Both the position numbers and the translations under genes were made by a program. From positions 58,731 to 122,730 of the forward strand of contig CADANC010000003.1 in NCBI GenBank assembly GCA_902789225.1: 64,000 nucleotides of DNA, in the 5' to 3' direction. This DNA comes from an uncultured Erysipelotrichaceae bacterium. GTDB taxonomy: Bacteria; Bacillota_I; Bacilli_A; RF39; UBA660. Below, one piece after another: positions 60,682-64,000 of the stretch (the stretch's first letter is position 1; the number at the start of each line of letters is the position of its first letter). Under the pieces are notes generated by a model. The model was not told the DNA's origin. It ran no database searches and saw only the letters and a list, made by a program, of their open reading frames with translations.

Positions 60682-61750
60682 TAACTTTCAAAATGACATC
60701 ATATATTCTGCTGCTAGAATCTTTTATTCCTAGCTTTAGACTATTATTATGAATTTCCTCATAACGTTTTTTATCATCAAATAATTTATCAATTGTATTT
60801 ATTATTTTATTAGCATTAAATTCATCTTCACTAACAACAATTGCTGCTCCAGCATCTTCTAATTCTTTAGCATTAATCATTTGATGATTATGAGTTACAT
60901 AAGGACTAGGAACTAATATAGTAGGAAGCCCAATAGAAGTAACTTCAGCTATAGTAGAAGCCCCTGCTCTAGATACTAATAAATCACTATCTTTCATAAG
61001 ATTAATTAAATCTTCACAATAACTTAATAATTTAACATTTTCAGGCACTAATATATCTTTATAATTATCAATATAATTCTTACCTGTAATAACTAATACT
61101 TGATAATTTTTATTTTTAAATGCAGGAATTAATTCCTTAATCTTATTAGTCATAGTAATAGAACCTAAACTACCCATTACAAAAATAACTAATTTTTTAT
61201 TATCATCAAATCCATATTTAGATTTATTGATTTTATTAACATTAACAATTTCTTCACTTCTAGGATTACCTGTATAAACACATTTTTCTTCAGGAAAATA
61301 TTTAACACTACCAGGAAGAGAAACACATATCTTTTTAACTTTCTTAGTAAGTAATTTATTAGACAATCCAGGAATAGAATTCTGCTCATGAATAATAGAA
61401 GGTATTCCTAATTTATAAGCCGCATTTAAAACAGGTAAAGTAATATACCCACCTACACCAATAACAATATCAGGCTTAAATTCTTTAAGTATATTTAAAG
61501 CCTCTTTATAACCTTTTCTATATTTCTTAAAAACCTTAAAATTATGAAACAATCTATGTCTATCTAATCCTTCAATATCAAATCCTTTAAAAGGAATTCC
61601 AGCCTTAGGAACAATATCTTTTTCCATTTTAGTAGATGTTCCAATATATAAAACATCACTATCTTTATCTTCCGATTTAATCTTATTTATTATTGAAAGA
61701 GCTGGATATATATGACCTCCACTACCTCCTGCTACGACAACATATTTCAT
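60662..61750 (-). CDS. murG: UDP-N-acetylglucosamine--N-acetylmuramyl-(pentapeptide) pyrophosphoryl-undecaprenol N-acetylglucosamine transferase
   Basis: The N-terminus is VVAGGSGGHIYPALSI. The C-terminal GT-B region is MGSLG...RAGASTIAEV. The gene overlaps murB by 20 nt. Confidence 0.9.
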   Translation of the reverse strand: MKYVVVAGGSGGHIYPALSIINKIKSEDKDSDVLYIGTSTKMEKDIVPKAGIPFKGFDIEGLDRHRLFHNFKVFKKYRKGYKEALNILKEFKPDIVIGVGGYITLPVLNAAYKLGIPSIIHEQNSIPGLSNKLLTKKVKKICVSLPGSVKYFPEEKCVYTGNPRSEEIVNVNKINKSKYGFDDNKKLVIFVMGSLGSITMTNKIKELIPAFKNKNYQVLVITGKNYIDNYKDILVPENVKLLSYCEDLINLMKDSDLLVSRAGASTIAEVTSIGLPTILVPSPYVTHNHQMINAKELEDAGAAIVVSEDEFNANKIINTIDKLFDDKKRYEEIHNNSLKLGIKDSSSRIYDVILKVIGDNNG

Positions 61751-61865
61751 ATAAAAGTCACCTCAAGTCTTTATACATAATTATTATATCATTAATATAA
61801 AAAAACTTATATTTATTTTAATAATTTATGTAAACATGATAAAATATAGCAAAGGAAGTAATAGT

Positions 61866-62996
61866 ATGAAAATAGGAATTATAGCTGAATTTAATCCATT
61901 ACATAATGGCCATTTATATTTAATAAATAAAATAAAAGAAAAGTATGAAAATGCTTCTATTATCTTAGTATTAAGTGGAAACTATACTCAAAGAGGAATA
62001 CCATCAATTATAGATAAATGGAAAAAGACTGAACTATCTCTAAAACTAGGAATAGATTTAGTAGTAGAATTACCTTTTCCTTTTTCAACTCAATCAGCAG
62101 ATTACTTTGCATACGGCGCAACTACCCTACTAAATTATTTAAAAGTAGATAAACTAATATTTGGATCAGAATCAAATGATATAAAAGTATTAGAAAAAAT
62201 AGTAGATGCTCAAAAAGATGATAAATTTAATACGTTAGTAAAACTATATTGTAAATCAGGCTATAACTATCCAACAGCACTATCTCTATCATTAGAAGAA
62301 TTAACTAATGAAAAAGTAACTACTCCAAATGATTTATTAGGAATAAGCTATATAAAAGCAATAAAAGAAAATAATTATTCTATAGAAGTAGAAACAATAA
62401 AAAGAACAAATGATTATCATGAAGAAGAATTAGAAAAAGATATATCTTCCGCTACATCAATTAGAAAAGCACTAAAAGAAGGAATAGATATATCTAATCA
62501 AGTACCAAAAATAGAACTAGATTATTTAAATGAATTACATTATATAGATGATTATTTTAACATTATAAAATATAAAATTATTACAGAAGAAGACTTATCA
62601 ATATATCAAACAGTAGATAAAGAAATAGTTAAAAAATTAAGAAAAGAAATACTAAACTCAAATAATATAGATGAATATATAAAAAGAATTAAAACTAAAA
62701 GATATACTTATAACAAGATTAGTAGAATGTTACTACATATATTAACTAATTTTACTAAAGAAAAAGCAAAAGAGTTTAATAAGATATCATATATTAGAGT
62801 ATTAGGAATAAATAATACCGGAAGAAACATATTAAATAGTATAAAAAAAGATATAGAAGTACCTATAATTAGTAAGATAACAAAAGAAAAAGATCCAATG
62901 TTAGAATACGAATTAGAAGTAGATAAAATATACTATTTAAATTCAATTTATACTAACGATAATTTAATTTACTATAAGGAGGATAAAAATGATTAA
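61866..62996 (+). CDS. tmcAL: tRNA(Met) cytidine acetate ligase TmcAL-like nucleotidyltransferase (YlbM/DUF795 family)
   Basis: The start was placed at MKIGIIAEFNPLHNGHLYLI (ATG at 61866, RBS aaggaag). The HxGH-type nucleotidyltransferase motif and the length of about 376 aa match the family. Confidence 0.65.
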   Translation: MKIGIIAEFNPLHNGHLYLINKIKEKYENASIILVLSGNYTQRGIPSIIDKWKKTELSLKLGIDLVVELPFPFSTQSADYFAYGATTLLNYLKVDKLIFGSESNDIKVLEKIVDAQKDDKFNTLVKLYCKSGYNYPTALSLSLEELTNEKVTTPNDLLGISYIKAIKENNYSIEVETIKRTNDYHEEELEKDISSATSIRKALKEGIDISNQVPKIELDYLNELHYIDDYFNIIKYKIITEEDLSIYQTVDKEIVKKLRKEILNSNNIDEYIKRIKTKRYTYNKISRMLLHILTNFTKEKAKEFNKISYIRVLGINNTGRNILNSIKKDIEVPIISKITKEKDPMLEYELEVDKIYYLNSIYTNDNLIYYKEDKND

Positions 62997-63672
62997 ACAA
63001 AAAGCCACAGGGCAATTAATAGTAATATCTGGACCATCTGGTGCAGGAAAAGGAACAGTAATATCAAGATTATTAGAAAAAAATAAAGATCTTTGGTTAT
63101 CAATTTCTGCTACATCTAGAAAACCTAGAGGAAAAGAAAAAGATGGTGTAGAATACTACTTCCTATCAGAAGAAGATTTTGTTAAAAAAATCGATGAAAA
63201 CTATTTTTTAGAATATGCTAAATATCAAGATAATTATTATGGAACTCCTAAATCAACAATAGTAGATAAATTAAAAGAAGGAATAGATGTAGTATTAGAA
63301 ATAGAAATACAAGGAGCAGCAAAAATAAAAGAACTAATTCCTGAAGCATTATTTATTTTTATCCTACCTCCTACTGAAAAAGAGTTATTAAAAAGACTAA
63401 TTGGTAGAAATACAGAAGATAGCGAAAAAATAATTAAAAGATTTGAAAGAGCTTATAAGGAAATAAATGAAGTTACAAAATACAACTATGTAGTTGTAAA
63501 TGATAAATTAGATGAAGCAGTTGAAAAAGTTAATGCTATAATTAAAGCAGAAAAATGCCGAGTAGATAGAATTGAAGATATAACTCTCGCAAATCAAGAA
63601 GAAATAATACATGAAGCAATTATAAACAAGAAATTTAAAAACAAAACTATATATGAAAACATAAAAAAATAA
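62989..63672 (+). CDS. gmk: guanylate kinase
   Basis: The P-loop is ISGPSGAGKGT. The GMP-binding residues are SATSRKPRGKEKDGVEYYF. The gene overlaps the tmcAL stop by 8 nt. Confidence 0.9.
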   Translation: MIKQKATGQLIVISGPSGAGKGTVISRLLEKNKDLWLSISATSRKPRGKEKDGVEYYFLSEEDFVKKIDENYFLEYAKYQDNYYGTPKSTIVDKLKEGIDVVLEIEIQGAAKIKELIPEALFIFILPPTEKELLKRLIGRNTEDSEKIIKRFERAYKEINEVTKYNYVVVNDKLDEAVEKVNAIIKAEKCRVDRIEDITLANQEEIIHEAIINKKFKNKTIYENIKK

Positions 63673-63694
63673 ACTAGAAATAGTTTATTTTTTA
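63671..63694. terminator. bidirectional rho-independent terminator between gmk and a convergent gene
   Basis: The stem is aaacta / tagttt with a gaaa loop. An A-run precedes it and a T-run follows it. Confidence 0.5.
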
Positions 63695-64000
63695 TGTTTA
63701 TTGCCATTAGATTTATTCCAATTATCTAAATTATTCCAATCTTCAAAGTCTCCATAATCAGTATTTTCTTTATTAGAATAATAATCAGATAATTTAGCTA
63801 AAAAATCATCATTAGTTAGGCTATTTACAGCATCTCTTGCCAAGAAGCGTTTTAAATAATCCTTTTCATCACCTCTATATAGTACATAAGGAGAATTAAC
63901 AAAATAATCTTTATTATTTTTTGTTTTTATCTTAACAGGATAAGTAGAATCAAAGCCTCTTTCAAAGATTCTATCACTTCCTGCTCTATCAATATCTAAA
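63685..64000 (-). CDS. hypothetical protein, partial (N-terminus runs off the right edge of the window)
   Basis: The minus-strand frame is open from the window edge to a TAA stop at 63685. The visible C-terminus reads ...LDIDRAGSDRIFERGFDSTYPVKIKTKNNKDYFVNSPYVLYRGDEKDYLKRFLARDAVNSLTNDDFLAKLSDYYSNKENTDYGDFEDWNNLDNWNKSNGNKHKK. Confidence 0.4.
   Translation of the reverse strand, partial: LDIDRAGSDRIFERGFDSTYPVKIKTKNNKDYFVNSPYVLYRGDEKDYLKRFLARDAVNSLTNDDFLAKLSDYYSNKENTDYGDFEDWNNLDNWNKSNGNKHKK

Noticed and set aside
1-64000. CRISPR arrays, alternative genetic code, or large DNA tandem repeats
   Set aside because: No regularly spaced direct repeats were seen. ORFs of up to 851 aa are intact under code 11, so a TGA=Trp or TGA=Gly recoding is unlikely. 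The only repeats are intragenic (the KE tail and the DYDYD lipoprotein repeats).

Overview
This window comes from a very AT-rich, low-GC Gram-positive genome. The gene order and content are Bacillota-like (dcw cluster, yqeG-yqeH-dnaG-sigA-trmK, rnc, rnj); it looks like Erysipelotrichia or Clostridia, but that is only a guess. Long intact ORFs indicate the standard code 11. Most of the 64 kb is housekeeping, and about 20 consecutive genes from 31.1 to 51.2 kb share the minus strand. On the left are an nrdG-nrdD-trxB anaerobic ribonucleotide reductase operon and a P-type cation ATPase. Two tRNAs, Met-CAT and Arg-CCT, bracket a roughly 13 kb segment (13.1-26.1 kb). That segment carries a PatA/PatB-like surface-polymer O-acylation module (MBOAT, a DHHW AlgJ-like protein and two Ig+SGNH membrane proteins), a CHAP-like amidase and several proteins I cannot place: a 468-aa soluble protein paired with a 4-TM protein, and a lipoprotein with four tandem DYDYD repeats. 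The 26-64 kb region is core: rnj, rnc, yidD, rpsT, miaA, mutL, uvrC, ftsK, rpmG-efp, sigA-dnaG, yqeH/yqeG, a MOP flippase, VanZ, murE, ftsZ-ftsA, divIB-murB-murG, tmcAL and gmk. Three things break that pattern. Five prepilin-type (class III signal peptide) genes sit at three separate sites wedged between essential operons, with no assembly ATPase or prepilin peptidase in the window. Three tandem paralogous polytopic membrane proteins lie between ftsA and divIB. An arginase-fold protein has degenerate metal ligands. No CRISPR array, transposase, integrase or phage structural gene was seen. All calls come from motif reading by eye; no searches were run.
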